Of a DNA stretch of 64,000 bases, positions 45,059 through 53,611 are shown in pieces. The DNA is from an uncultured Desulfobacteraceae bacterium. GTDB taxonomy: Bacteria > Desulfobacterota > DSM-4660 > Desulfatiglandales > HGW-15. The stretch is from assembly GCA_964526655.1 (NCBI GenBank), contig CAZGIZ010000003.1, positions 851 through 64,850 on the forward strand, written 5' to 3'. The position numbers and the translations under genes were made by a program. A model generated the notes under the pieces. That model ran no database searches. It saw nothing but the letters and a program-made list of their open reading frames with translations, and had not been told where the DNA came from. The stretch's first letter is position 1. The number at the start of each line of letters is the position of its first letter.

Positions 45059-46897
45059 ATGAAATCAAATGAACAGTACACCTTAAAAGTGCTTCGCGTG
45101 GATTTAAGCCGGAATCAGGTTCAGGCCGAGGAAATCGACGCGGATATTACCAAGCTTACCATAGGTGGCACGGGGATTGAGGCACGAATACTTTATGAAG
45201 AAGTCCTATCGGGGATAGAGTGGTCTGACCCGGAAAACAGATTGATCTGGTTCACCGGGCCGCTGGCCGGCACCAGGGTTGCCGGCGGGGGAACAGTCTC
45301 AATTGCCACCAAGGGTCCCATGACCAATATGGCCGGCATATCACAGGCCAATGGGTTTTTCGGTGCTTTCCTGAGGCTGTCCGGGTTGCATGGAATTATT
45401 GTACAGGGCGCCGCAAAGGAATGGTCACGCCTACATATCCATGACGGAACCGCTGAAATCCTGGATGCACGTGATCTCCAGGGAATGGGCAGCTTGCAAG
45501 CGGAAAAGACCATTCGGGCCTCCGTGAAAAAACGTTGCAGCATCTATACCATCGGAGTGGGTGGTGAGAATCTTGTGAGGTTTGCAGGGATTATCGGAGA
45601 TCACGGACACGCGGCTGCACACAATGGTCTGGGGGCCGTCATGGGCTCCAAAAAGCTCAAGGCCGTGTCCGTTGAGAGGGGGCAAATGGAGGTGCCCGTG
45701 GCTCACCCGGAGCGCTTAAAAAAGGCATCCAAAGCCCTTTTCGAGGCGGCCGTCGCGGCGGACCCCAATCTGGGAAAGGACGGAACCGCGTTTGCCTTTG
45801 AGGTGCTCATGCCCATTGGTGCTATTCCGATCAGGAATTATACCACCAATGAATTCCCTGAGGTGGACAAATTTACCGGAAAGTACATTCGATCCCATTT
45901 TAAGACCAAACCCACGCCGTGCTGGGCCTGCCGTATGGGCCATTGCACCCAGATAGAAGTCACAGAAGGACCTTATAAAGGAGTAAAAGGGGAAGAGCCG
46001 GAATATGAAGCCTTTGCTGCCATGGGACCCTTGATCTATCAAAAAGACCCGGGCGCGGCGGTCATGCTGTCCAACCTGATTGATGATCTGGGAATAGACG
46101 TCAATGAGTCGGGGTATCTCATCGCCTGGATCATGGAGTGCTATGAGAAAGGCCTTTTGACCAAAAGCGATCTGGACGGCATCGAGATGCACTGGGGAGA
46201 TCCGGAGGCCGCGGCCGCCATGCTCCGAAAGATTGCCAACCGCGAGGGATGCGGCGCCCGTTTTGCCGATGGGGTCAAACGCGCGGCCGAGGCCATGGGT
46301 GGCGAGGCCCTGGAATGCGCGATTTTCACGAAAAAGGGTGCATCCCCGAGGGGGCACGACCATAGAAGTCTCTGGATGGAATTGATCGATACCTGCGTCT
46401 CCAATACGGGTACCATTGAAACGGGCGGACCTTTGGCCAAACCGGCCGTGCTGGGTGTTGAACCCCCGAAGGATCGCTTCGATCCAATGGGCATGTCGAG
46501 GCAAAATGCGCAATTAAACGGGGGCCGGCAATTTGAGGATTGCCTGGGGACCTGCCGATTTTGTACCACGGACTTTCAACTTACCGTGGACTGCCTGAAC
46601 GCGGTTACGGGCTGGGAGCTTACTATTGCCGATGCCATGGAAGCCGGCCGTAGGGCAATTAATCAACTGCGGGTCTTCAATTTTCGACACGGCCTCACAA
46701 AAGAGATTGAGGCGCCGTCCGTGCGCTATTCCTCCACGCCCGTGGACGGGCCCGTAAAGGGCATCGGTATTGCCGGCCAATGGGAAAATATACGAAGCAA
46801 TTACTACAAGGAGATGGGCTGGGATCCTGAGACCGGGAAACCACTTCCTGATACCCTGAAAAAACTGGGTCTCGGCGACTTGATCAAAGATATATAG
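45059..46897 (+). CDS. AOR-family tungsto-/molybdopterin oxidoreductase (AOR-2, diverged)
   Basis: 612 aa with GGENLVRFAGII, AAHNGLGAVMGSKKLKAVSV, CWACRMGHC and EPEYEAFAAMG. RBS GGAGGAG. Confidence 0.85.
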   Translation: MKSNEQYTLKVLRVDLSRNQVQAEEIDADITKLTIGGTGIEARILYEEVLSGIEWSDPENRLIWFTGPLAGTRVAGGGTVSIATKGPMTNMAGISQANGFFGAFLRLSGLHGIIVQGAAKEWSRLHIHDGTAEILDARDLQGMGSLQAEKTIRASVKKRCSIYTIGVGGENLVRFAGIIGDHGHAAAHNGLGAVMGSKKLKAVSVERGQMEVPVAHPERLKKASKALFEAAVAADPNLGKDGTAFAFEVLMPIGAIPIRNYTTNEFPEVDKFTGKYIRSHFKTKPTPCWACRMGHCTQIEVTEGPYKGVKGEEPEYEAFAAMGPLIYQKDPGAAVMLSNLIDDLGIDVNESGYLIAWIMECYEKGLLTKSDLDGIEMHWGDPEAAAAMLRKIANREGCGARFADGVKRAAEAMGGEALECAIFTKKGASPRGHDHRSLWMELIDTCVSNTGTIETGGPLAKPAVLGVEPPKDRFDPMGMSRQNAQLNGGRQFEDCLGTCRFCTTDFQLTVDCLNAVTGWELTIADAMEAGRRAINQLRVFNFRHGLTKEIEAPSVRYSSTPVDGPVKGIGIAGQWENIRSNYYKEMGWDPETGKPLPDTLKKLGLGDLIKDI

Positions 46898-47139
46898 GAT
46901 GGGCCTGAAATGTTTTAACTGGTGATCGAAATTACGCCACTTTCATGGAACAACACCATTCAGGGCATCATTACTCAGTATCACCGTGATATCTCAATAA
47001 ATAGGGGTAAGGAGCTTTTTCAACCCTATTTTCACCGCCGAGGCGCTGAGAACGCAAAGAAACTTTTTTATTCGGCCGCCCCTGTTTATTGAGCAGATAC
47101 GTATCACCTGTACTTGAGCAGGAGTTCAGGCAGGCCGGC

Positions 47140-47382
47140 CTATTGACCGGTTTTCCCCTTAATACGGCTTGCGACCGCTGATATAATCCCCTCCGTTTGC
47201 TTGCCGTAAGCAAGTGCCTTATCGTCGCTTCGTTTATAAACGTTGACACCCAAGACAGCGAGCCCGATTCCCCATAGGGCTGACATGTGTCCCATTGCAG
47301 TGATAGTGCTGCCGGCCGTATCCGGTTTGAAAAGGATTTGATACGTAACGGCCAGCATGATGGCCCCCCAGGTCAGGGCCAT
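47140..47382 (-). CDS. small membrane protein, holin-like
   Basis: 80 aa with two hydrophobic segments, lying immediately downstream of the muramidase gene. Confidence 0.4.
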   Translation of the reverse strand: MALTWGAIMLAVTYQILFKPDTAGSTITAMGHMSALWGIGLAVLGVNVYKRSDDKALAYGKQTEGIISAVASRIKGKTGQ

Positions 47383-47402
47383 GACATATCCGAACTCACC
47401 TC

Positions 47403-48191
47403 CTAATAAAGCCCCAACGCTTGTCGCGTTTTAGGTCCACAAATGCCGTCTACAGTTAGACCTTTGCTCTCCTGGAATTCCCGCAAGGCCGTTTCCGTTC
47501 GTGACCCCATGATGCCATCCACCGCCAAATTGAAACCAAAACGGTTGAGTGCCCGTTGTATATCCTTTATTCCCGCATTGGGTTCCACTGTCTCGGTCTT
47601 GAATCGTTCATAGGCCTCAGCCAATCTCATATGATAGTGGTTCTTTTCATACTCCGGACCGTTGTATCCCTCTGCAAATTTGCGCCAGTCCTCGATCTGC
47701 AGATATTTTTCATAACCCTTGGATAGAATGAAATTGATGCCGCACTGTAACTGCATGCCTTCGGAAACGTACTGCACCCCGATAAAGTCAAAAAGATTGT
47801 CATAACCCGCTGCTTTGTGGTTGAAACCCATTATTTGGAAAAGCCCCCATGATGAGGCACGATGAGCGGCCGTAAAATCAAGGGCCGCTGCCTCCCGGAG
47901 GCGGTCATGTTCTTTTATGCCGCCGGAATAAAGATCGCGGCTCCAAGTAGGCCGTGAGAGCGATGGGTGGTTGACATCGAATCTGCCGCCCGTTTCCCGG
48001 CTAAAAATGTGTGCCTCGAAAAGAATCTTGGGCAGACGCGGGTCATTTTCATATTTACCGAGAAAACCTGATCCGGAAGCTTCAACGGCAATGACTGCCC
48101 TAATGTGCGCTTCCGTGACCTTGAGTAGTTTTGCGGCCGATGTAACATCACCGGCTTCAAGAGGCCGTCCCATTATGTTTTCGCTTTTCAT
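47403..48191 (-). CDS. phage-type endolysin: N-acetylmuramidase (DUF3380-like) with C-terminal peptidoglycan-binding domain
   Basis: 262 aa. The C-terminus IQRALNRFGFNLAVDGIMGSRTETALREFQESKGLTVDGICGPKT is a PG_binding_1 pattern. The N-terminal part resembles the muramidase family found in phage lysis cassettes. Confidence 0.75.
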   Translation of the reverse strand: MKSENIMGRPLEAGDVTSAAKLLKVTEAHIRAVIAVEASGSGFLGKYENDPRLPKILFEAHIFSRETGGRFDVNHPSLSRPTWSRDLYSGGIKEHDRLREAAALDFTAAHRASSWGLFQIMGFNHKAAGYDNLFDFIGVQYVSEGMQLQCGINFILSKGYEKYLQIEDWRKFAEGYNGPEYEKNHYHMRLAEAYERFKTETVEPNAGIKDIQRALNRFGFNLAVDGIMGSRTETALREFQESKGLTVDGICGPKTRQALGLY

Positions 48192-48558
48192 AACGCCTCC
48201 TTTATTTCAAAATCTTTCACCTTCAGCATTTTAGCCGACGTGCAAGTATCGGCTAAAACCAGTGATCGCATAGTCTTCCGTATGGGATTGTATTTTTTGG
48301 GATTGCTCGATATGGGAAATGGGATGTTTTTCAGGGGGCGGTGTCTCATGGTTAACCACCTGTGAGATTGATTAATTCAATGTATCACAACTTCACCTGA
48401 AATCAATGTGCAAGGCGTTCAGTGTTCGATTTTTAGAAAAATTCAGTGGAGATATATGGAACAAGAAAAGTAATATGAGATTCATTACTTATAGCATAAA
48501 ATTAAAAACATAGCAATAATAAGCTTGATAATAATTGCTCCCCGAAGCGCGTTAATGA

Positions 48559-49113
48559 CCGCATCTCCCTGAAAGGGTCAATGACCGTAAAGCCCGGTGC
48601 GTCGCGGCCACCGAAAATTTACAGCGTGAAGACCTCTCCGCCATTGAGAAGGTTGAGTACATAGTGGATATCGTGGACGCGGAACTGATTAATGACAAGG
48701 AATATGCCTCAATGGGGAAAGACCCGACCGGCCGGGTGAAAAAATTATTAGGAAGTCTTCACTCCATAACAAACAGTAAAAGTCGAGGATCTCAGGTATC
48801 TAAAAAGTCAGAGTTGCTGTTGAATAAATTTATTCAACAGGTGGAGAAAATCTTTAAAAATCTGCCTAAACCTTTGGAATGGCGGTCATTTTACAATCAT
48901 GATCTTCCCCTGGTAACGGACTTTTGTGAAGACATACAGGGGGTATCAATCCGTCACCAGCTCAATCGATCCCAGACAAGGGCATTAAAAAAACCGATAA
49001 AAATAAAACAATGCCGTTATAGGTCCAGAGCGCTTTCCGCCGGCGTTAAATTAAAACGAACGGGTTTTAAGAACGTTTATGTACTAAGAGGCGGTCTGAT
49101 ATGTCGTCGTTAG
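48559..49113 (+). pseudogene. mosaic fragment: ParB-like nuclease-domain piece lacking its N-terminus, with a rhodanese-like tail
   Basis: The open frame begins after a stop at 48556-48558. It contains ENLQREDLSAIEKVEYIV (ParB box-like) but no upstream domain, and ends in FKNVYVLRGGL. Confidence 0.35.
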
Positions 49114-49490
49114 CCGGCTGTTTGAGTTGGCTTTAGGTTGGCTGGACCTTCCACTTGTGTTTCAGCTTTGGCTAATAACGCCGATATAGCGGAAAGGATC
49201 GCGATTCCAGACGCGGCCAGAAACGCCCATCTTAGACCATTGAGGAAAATCCCCAGTTGATCGGACGCGAATAATCCCGCGTGACCTTGAGTGGTGAAGG
49301 GAGCTAAATTGTACACAATCGTGCCCGCGATAGCGATACCAAACACCATACCGACATTACGCATCATGGCCAGGATACTGGAAGCGACACCTCGAAATTG
49401 AATTGGAGCGCTGCCCATGGCCGCGCTATTCATAGGGCTCTGGAACAAACCACCTCCCAGTCCACAGACGGCCAACCGCCAAACAATGTC
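49110..49490 (-). pseudogene. C-terminal fragment of an MFS transporter
   Basis: Only about 3 transmembrane segments remain (LAVCGLGGGLFQSPMNSAAMGSAP...). There is no N-terminal half, and the start is a TTG. Confidence 0.5.
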
Positions 49491-49541
49491 TATGGTTTTG
49501 GCGTCCTTAAATTTAATCTGAGGGTCTCCTTTGCCTTTTTA

Positions 49542-49745
49542 TCAACACCTGTAACAACTGTCTTTACCAAATTCACTGCTCCCCAATATTCGCTCATCAG
49601 AAAGAATTTTACTCCCGGCGCTCCTCAGTGAAAGAACCTGTGGCCATCCGCCAAGACTGCGTTTAAGAACCCCACCAACCAGATCCGGCAGTCTTCCTTC
49701 TGCTATACCGTTTACAATGAACTCATCACATTTTTCTATCGCTCT
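49542..49745 (-). pseudogene. internal fragment of an IS200-like/REP-associated-type transposase-family ORF
   Basis: It reads AEGRLPDLVGGVLKRSLGGWPQVLSLRSAGSKILSDERILGSSEF, a motif I associate with that family. It has no catalytic N-terminus and no start codon. Confidence 0.4.
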
Positions 49746-49810
49746 TTTTCGCCTCTTTCCAACCTGCCGTCTTTGGACAAAAGCGTTTGTAAATTGATTT
49801 TAATTCGAAG

Positions 49811-49838
49811 TTGACATCTACCTTTTTCGGAGTATAAT
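49811..49838 (+). promoter_or_regulatory. near-consensus sigma70 promoter
   Basis: TTGACA (49811-49816), a 16-nt spacer, then TATAAT (49833-49838), about 38 nt upstream of ATG 49876. Confidence 0.5.
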
Positions 49839-49875
49839 CCAGAATGGTTAAACTGATTTGGAGAATATTCCGAAA

Positions 49876-51036
49876 ATGGCCCAAATAGACAGGATCTTAA
49901 ATATCTCCCTTCCATCAGGACAGTCGGCATTTCTATGGGGGCCGAGAAAAACTGGAAAATCTACTTACTTAAAGATGAATTTTCCTGAAAGTCTGGTCTA
50001 TGACTTTCTCCAAACCGATCTGTTTTTAGAGCTTTCGAAAAAACCATGGTTGTTGAGGGAAAGATTGCTCTCAAAAAATGTAGAAATTTTGAATCATCCG
50101 GTGATTCTGGACGAGGTTCAGAAGGTGCCCCAAGTCCTGGACGAAGTACATTGGCTAATAGAGAATAAGGGAATGCGTTTCATTATGTGCGGATCAAGCG
50201 CCCGGAAGTTAAAAAGGGGCAAGGCAAACCTCCTGGGAGGCCGTGCATGGCGTTATGAAATGTTCCCGCTTGTCTCGGCTGAACTGGAAGAAATGAATCT
50301 TTTGACGATTTTAAATCGCGGAATGATTCCCGAGCATTATACCAGCCCTGATTATGCAAGGGCCTTGAAAGCTTACACACAGGACTACCTTAAGGAGGAG
50401 GTATTTGATGAGGGGCTGACCCGGAATATCCCGGCGTTCTCCAGGTTCTTCGATGCAATGGGATATTCCCACGGTGAACTCACGAACTATTCGAATATAG
50501 CCAGGGAGTGTGGAGTGGATTCAAAAACTGTTAAGGAATATTATCAGATACTCCTGGATACGCTTTTAGGCAGAATGATTGCTCCGTTTAAAAAAAGGCA
50601 GGACCGGCAGGTGATTAGCCGTGCCTCGAAATTTTACATGTTTGACGTGGGTGTCGCTGGCTCAATGATAAAGCGACATATAGAGGAAGAAAAAGGGGAA
50701 TTGTTCGGGAAGGCATTTGAACATTTCATCTTAATGGAGTTATATGCCTACAATTCCTACAATGAACTGGATTTTGAAATTAATTTCTGGAGGACAAAAT
50801 CCGGTCAGGAAGTGGATTTCATATTGGGAGGGGGGGAGGTGGCAATAGAAGTAAAAGGGACCTCTCGCATAGATAAAAGAGATCTGCGTTCTCTTAATAC
50901 TTTTACCGAGCAATATTTACCCCGGAAATCTTTGGTTGTCTGTAATGAGCAAGAGGAACGTATCCATGGAAAGATACAAATCATGCCCTGGAGAAAATTC
51001 CTTCATGATTTGTGGAATGGCGAGATTATTCACTGA
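49876..51036 (+). CDS. AAA-family ATPase (AAA_14 + DUF4143-type)
   Basis: Walker A GPRKTGKST and Walker B VILDEVQ, with a C-terminal restriction-endonuclease-like DUF4143 pattern (EVDFILGGGEVAIEVK). The ORF track starts at a TTG at 49858. Confidence 0.75.
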   Translation: MAQIDRILNISLPSGQSAFLWGPRKTGKSTYLKMNFPESLVYDFLQTDLFLELSKKPWLLRERLLSKNVEILNHPVILDEVQKVPQVLDEVHWLIENKGMRFIMCGSSARKLKRGKANLLGGRAWRYEMFPLVSAELEEMNLLTILNRGMIPEHYTSPDYARALKAYTQDYLKEEVFDEGLTRNIPAFSRFFDAMGYSHGELTNYSNIARECGVDSKTVKEYYQILLDTLLGRMIAPFKKRQDRQVISRASKFYMFDVGVAGSMIKRHIEEEKGELFGKAFEHFILMELYAYNSYNELDFEINFWRTKSGQEVDFILGGGEVAIEVKGTSRIDKRDLRSLNTFTEQYLPRKSLVVCNEQEERIHGKIQIMPWRKFLHDLWNGEIIH

Positions 51037-51100
51037 ACTGAACTTATTAAAAGGCGAGAGACCCGCTGAACAATATCTTTAAAGTTCTTTCAGAAACTTA

Positions 51101-51523
51101 ATGGATAGGTTTGCCCTAAAGGGTTGGTGGTGTCAAAGGCCGTTTAAAATTGAGCCATTTTCGGTCGTCAAAATTGAGCCGGTACTGGAGAAACTCAACG
51201 AGCTGAAGCTGAACCTGGCCCACAACGACAGGACAGGGAGCAAGTGGCAGGAAAAAATCGCCGATCTCATCATGAGATACCCTAATGTTTACACGGACAA
51301 CTCCTACGATACTGAGATGTGGTACATGCCGAGGCGATGTTTTCGCAGCATCAAGCGCATGCTTGAGACCCCCAAATTCCAGGATCGTGTGCTGTACGGC
51401 ACGGACTGGTACATGGGCAGATGGCTATGGACGGAGGCATCCTACCTGAAATGGTTCACCCTTTACCCTCAAAAAATCTTCTGGTGCGACGTTGTATTTA
51501 GGGAAAAGGGGACAATCCTATAG
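51101..51523 (+). pseudogene. C-terminal fragment of an amidohydrolase-2-type protein
   Basis: Only the tail is recognisable (...RVLYGTDWYM...). The metal-binding N-terminal half is absent. Confidence 0.35.
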
Positions 51524-51614
51524 TCTCCTGTCAAGCAAAAAATAAAAGGTTACAATATCAATGAGTTAAAGCGCCTCCTGATTTTGGAAAGGGGGACGTA
51601 GGTTCTAAAACAAT

Positions 51615-51770
51615 TTAAATATATTTTCTAATCTCCGGCAACTCATCGGGCACGGCTAAACGATTAACCGCTGAAGTTGTGATACCAAGAAACCGCGCCA
51701 CGTCCGCTTCGGAATATCCCATCCTCAAAGTACAGGAAACAACAGGCAATCCCTCACGTCCGGATCTGTG
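51615..51770 (-). pseudogene. C-terminal HTH fragment (MGYSEADVARFLGITTSAVNRL...)
   Basis: Resembles the HTH tail found at the end of the same transposase-like family as 49542-49745, but there is no upstream body. Confidence 0.3.
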
Positions 51771-52084
51771 CGGGGATGCCATGTTACCGGCATTCCCATT
51801 GCGATCCCTTTACATAAAACACCTCTGTTTTCCTCCTAAAATAGGGGATATACCCCATTGTAGAACCTTCCCCTCTTCGGTTATGTTGGAGATGATGTTG
51901 GCTGTTGTGTAAAAAAGGTTTTTCGATGATGAATCTTTATCCGTTAATTGGGAGGGCTGAATCCGGGACGATAGAACATAACACTGTATGGAGATTGGAT
52001 TTTGTCACTTTTTCTACGAATGATCGAAATTCATTATAGGAAACCGGGTCTTAAGGGCCGGGATAAAGATAATATGTGGTCGGA

Positions 52085-52241
52085 CCCAATGTCATTAACT
52101 TAAGCCTTCAGCCCCGATATATAAGTCTCAGGCGTCATTCCGGCGAAAGCCGGAATCCAGTCTTTTCAGGCCTTCTGGACCCCGGCTTTCGCCGGGGTGA
52201 CGGTGTGGGAATACAATTCCCCTTAAGTTAATGGCAGTGGG
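52085..52241. mobile_element. 157-nt MITE-like element
   Basis: 20-nt terminal inverted repeats: CCCAATGTCATTAACTTAAG (52085-52104) and CTTAAGTTAATGGCAGTGGG (52222-52241). They enclose two inverted copies of a 27-nt self-hairpin unit, with stems at 52137-52156 and 52180-52197. Confidence 0.6.
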
Positions 52242-52443
52242 ACCATGGTAACCATTTGGAGTGATTAGACAATTCTCTAAGAATAGCCTCTATAAGGGCT
52301 TAAACAATCAATTTTGATGCCGAAACGAACGTTTTCTCAAAAGGAAGGTTCCCTCAGGCATTTTCGGACGTTTTGTATCCAAATATCCAGATCTGGATTA
52401 ATTTTATCTTGACAGGAAAATATTATTGTAGATAGATAGAATT

Positions 52444-52458
52444 TTACACAATGTGTAA
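52444..52458. promoter_or_regulatory. perfect 7+1+7 palindrome TTACACA-A-TGTGTAA upstream of ORF 52467
   Basis: It ends 9 nt before the TTG start and lies downstream of a TTGACA at 52409-52414. Confidence 0.35.
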
Positions 52459-52466
52459 TTTTAATT

Positions 52467-52928
52467 TTGCAAATAACATCCATGCCATTTGTAGATGCCA
52501 TGAAACATAAAGCTAATACAGACAATATGGTAGATGAAGAGCAATTTGATGTATACGAACAATTTACACCTAAAGTAAGAAAAATCCTGCGTGAATACCG
52601 CAAGCACCGCAAACTTTCGGCCATTGCCAACAGTATAGGCATCAATCCGGTCCGCCTGGCCGAGATGATCAATAAGGACAGAAGAGGCCAATATAAAAGA
52701 AAGGTTACCCCCTATTACCTCTCCAAATTTTTTGACGGAAGGGTAATGACCGTCGAACAAGTCCTGGATGGTCGCAGCCTGGAAGACCTCCCCAATCGCG
52801 TACAGCTCTTTTTCGAAAGGCATATTTTGCCAAGGAAGACAATCCGACTCGTTATTGAGGCCCAGAGACGTGGAATTGATATCGATAGAGTTCTCGAACT
52901 GATTCTTTATCCGGAGAATGAGGGATAG
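52467..52928 (+). CDS. hypothetical protein, possible HTH
   Basis: 153-aa ORF containing LSAIANSIGINPVRLAEMINKDRRG (HTH-like). I do not recognise a family. Confidence 0.4.
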   Translation: MQITSMPFVDAMKHKANTDNMVDEEQFDVYEQFTPKVRKILREYRKHRKLSAIANSIGINPVRLAEMINKDRRGQYKRKVTPYYLSKFFDGRVMTVEQVLDGRSLEDLPNRVQLFFERHILPRKTIRLVIEAQRRGIDIDRVLELILYPENEG

Positions 52929-53058
52929 ATTTTGCTTTGTGCTCATCCACAAACTGACGTTTCTGGATGGGTACTAACTACATAATATAGAGGGGGCGAT
53001 TGATATGGAACAGGTGAGTTCAAAAGATACCTATAAAAATTAGGAGACCGCTCACAAG

Positions 53059-53570
53059 GTGGCGGGTATGGCAGACCCTCGCGAATGGGCAAAAACAGGC
53101 AGCCAGATTTATATTGAGGGTTCCGGGTCCAAGCTGACGGGGATTGACGGAAAGGGATACCTTGATGCGACATCTTGCGGGCTGACAAACAACATAGGTT
53201 ATGGGAACCGGGAGATGGCTGAGGCAGCAAAGGAGCAGATGATCAAACTGTACCATGTCCCTAATTTTGGGGGCCAAGTCGGCCTGCCCTATATCAAGCT
53301 GGCACAAAAGCTTGCTGAAATCTCACCCATGCAACGCTTCCTGGTGGAGAATAGCGGATCGGAGGTGGTGGACGCCGCTTTCAAGGTCGCACGGTTGTAT
53401 TGGCGGGAAAACGGCCTCGATAAGTATAAGATTATCTCCCTGGAACGGGCCTATCATGGCTTCACCTTCGGTGCGTTGAGCGCAATGGGTGTCCCCATGT
53501 TTAAGAGTTCAATCTTTAATCCTCTGGTCCCGGGAACTCTATGTCTTGAGCTCCCGGTAACGGCCGTTGA
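53059..53570 (+). pseudogene. N-terminal ~170 codons of a class-III (omega-type) aminotransferase, truncated
   Basis: GSKLTGIDGKGYLDATSCGLTNNIGYGNREMAEAAKEQM...ENSGSEVVDAAFKVARLYW...LERAYHGFTFGALSAMG matches the family. Homology stops near 53570, the PLP-lysine region is missing, and the frame runs into the AOR-3 gene. Confidence 0.6.
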
Positions 53571-53611
53571 AACCCAAGGCCATAAATTTACAAACCAAAT
53601 GGAGGTGAAAC

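Noticed and set aside
48664-49113. 149-aa ORF as an intact gene
   Set aside because: The ParB-like homology begins upstream of the annotated GTG start and lacks the N-terminal part of the domain. The tail resembles an unrelated rhodanese C-terminus. I treat it as a mosaic pseudogene.
49542-51770. The idea that the two transposase-like fragments are halves of one gene split by insertion of the AAA-ATPase segment
   Set aside because: On the minus strand the HTH tail (51615-51770) lies upstream of the DERILG piece (49542-49745). That is the wrong order for the family's domain arrangement, so they are separate remnants.
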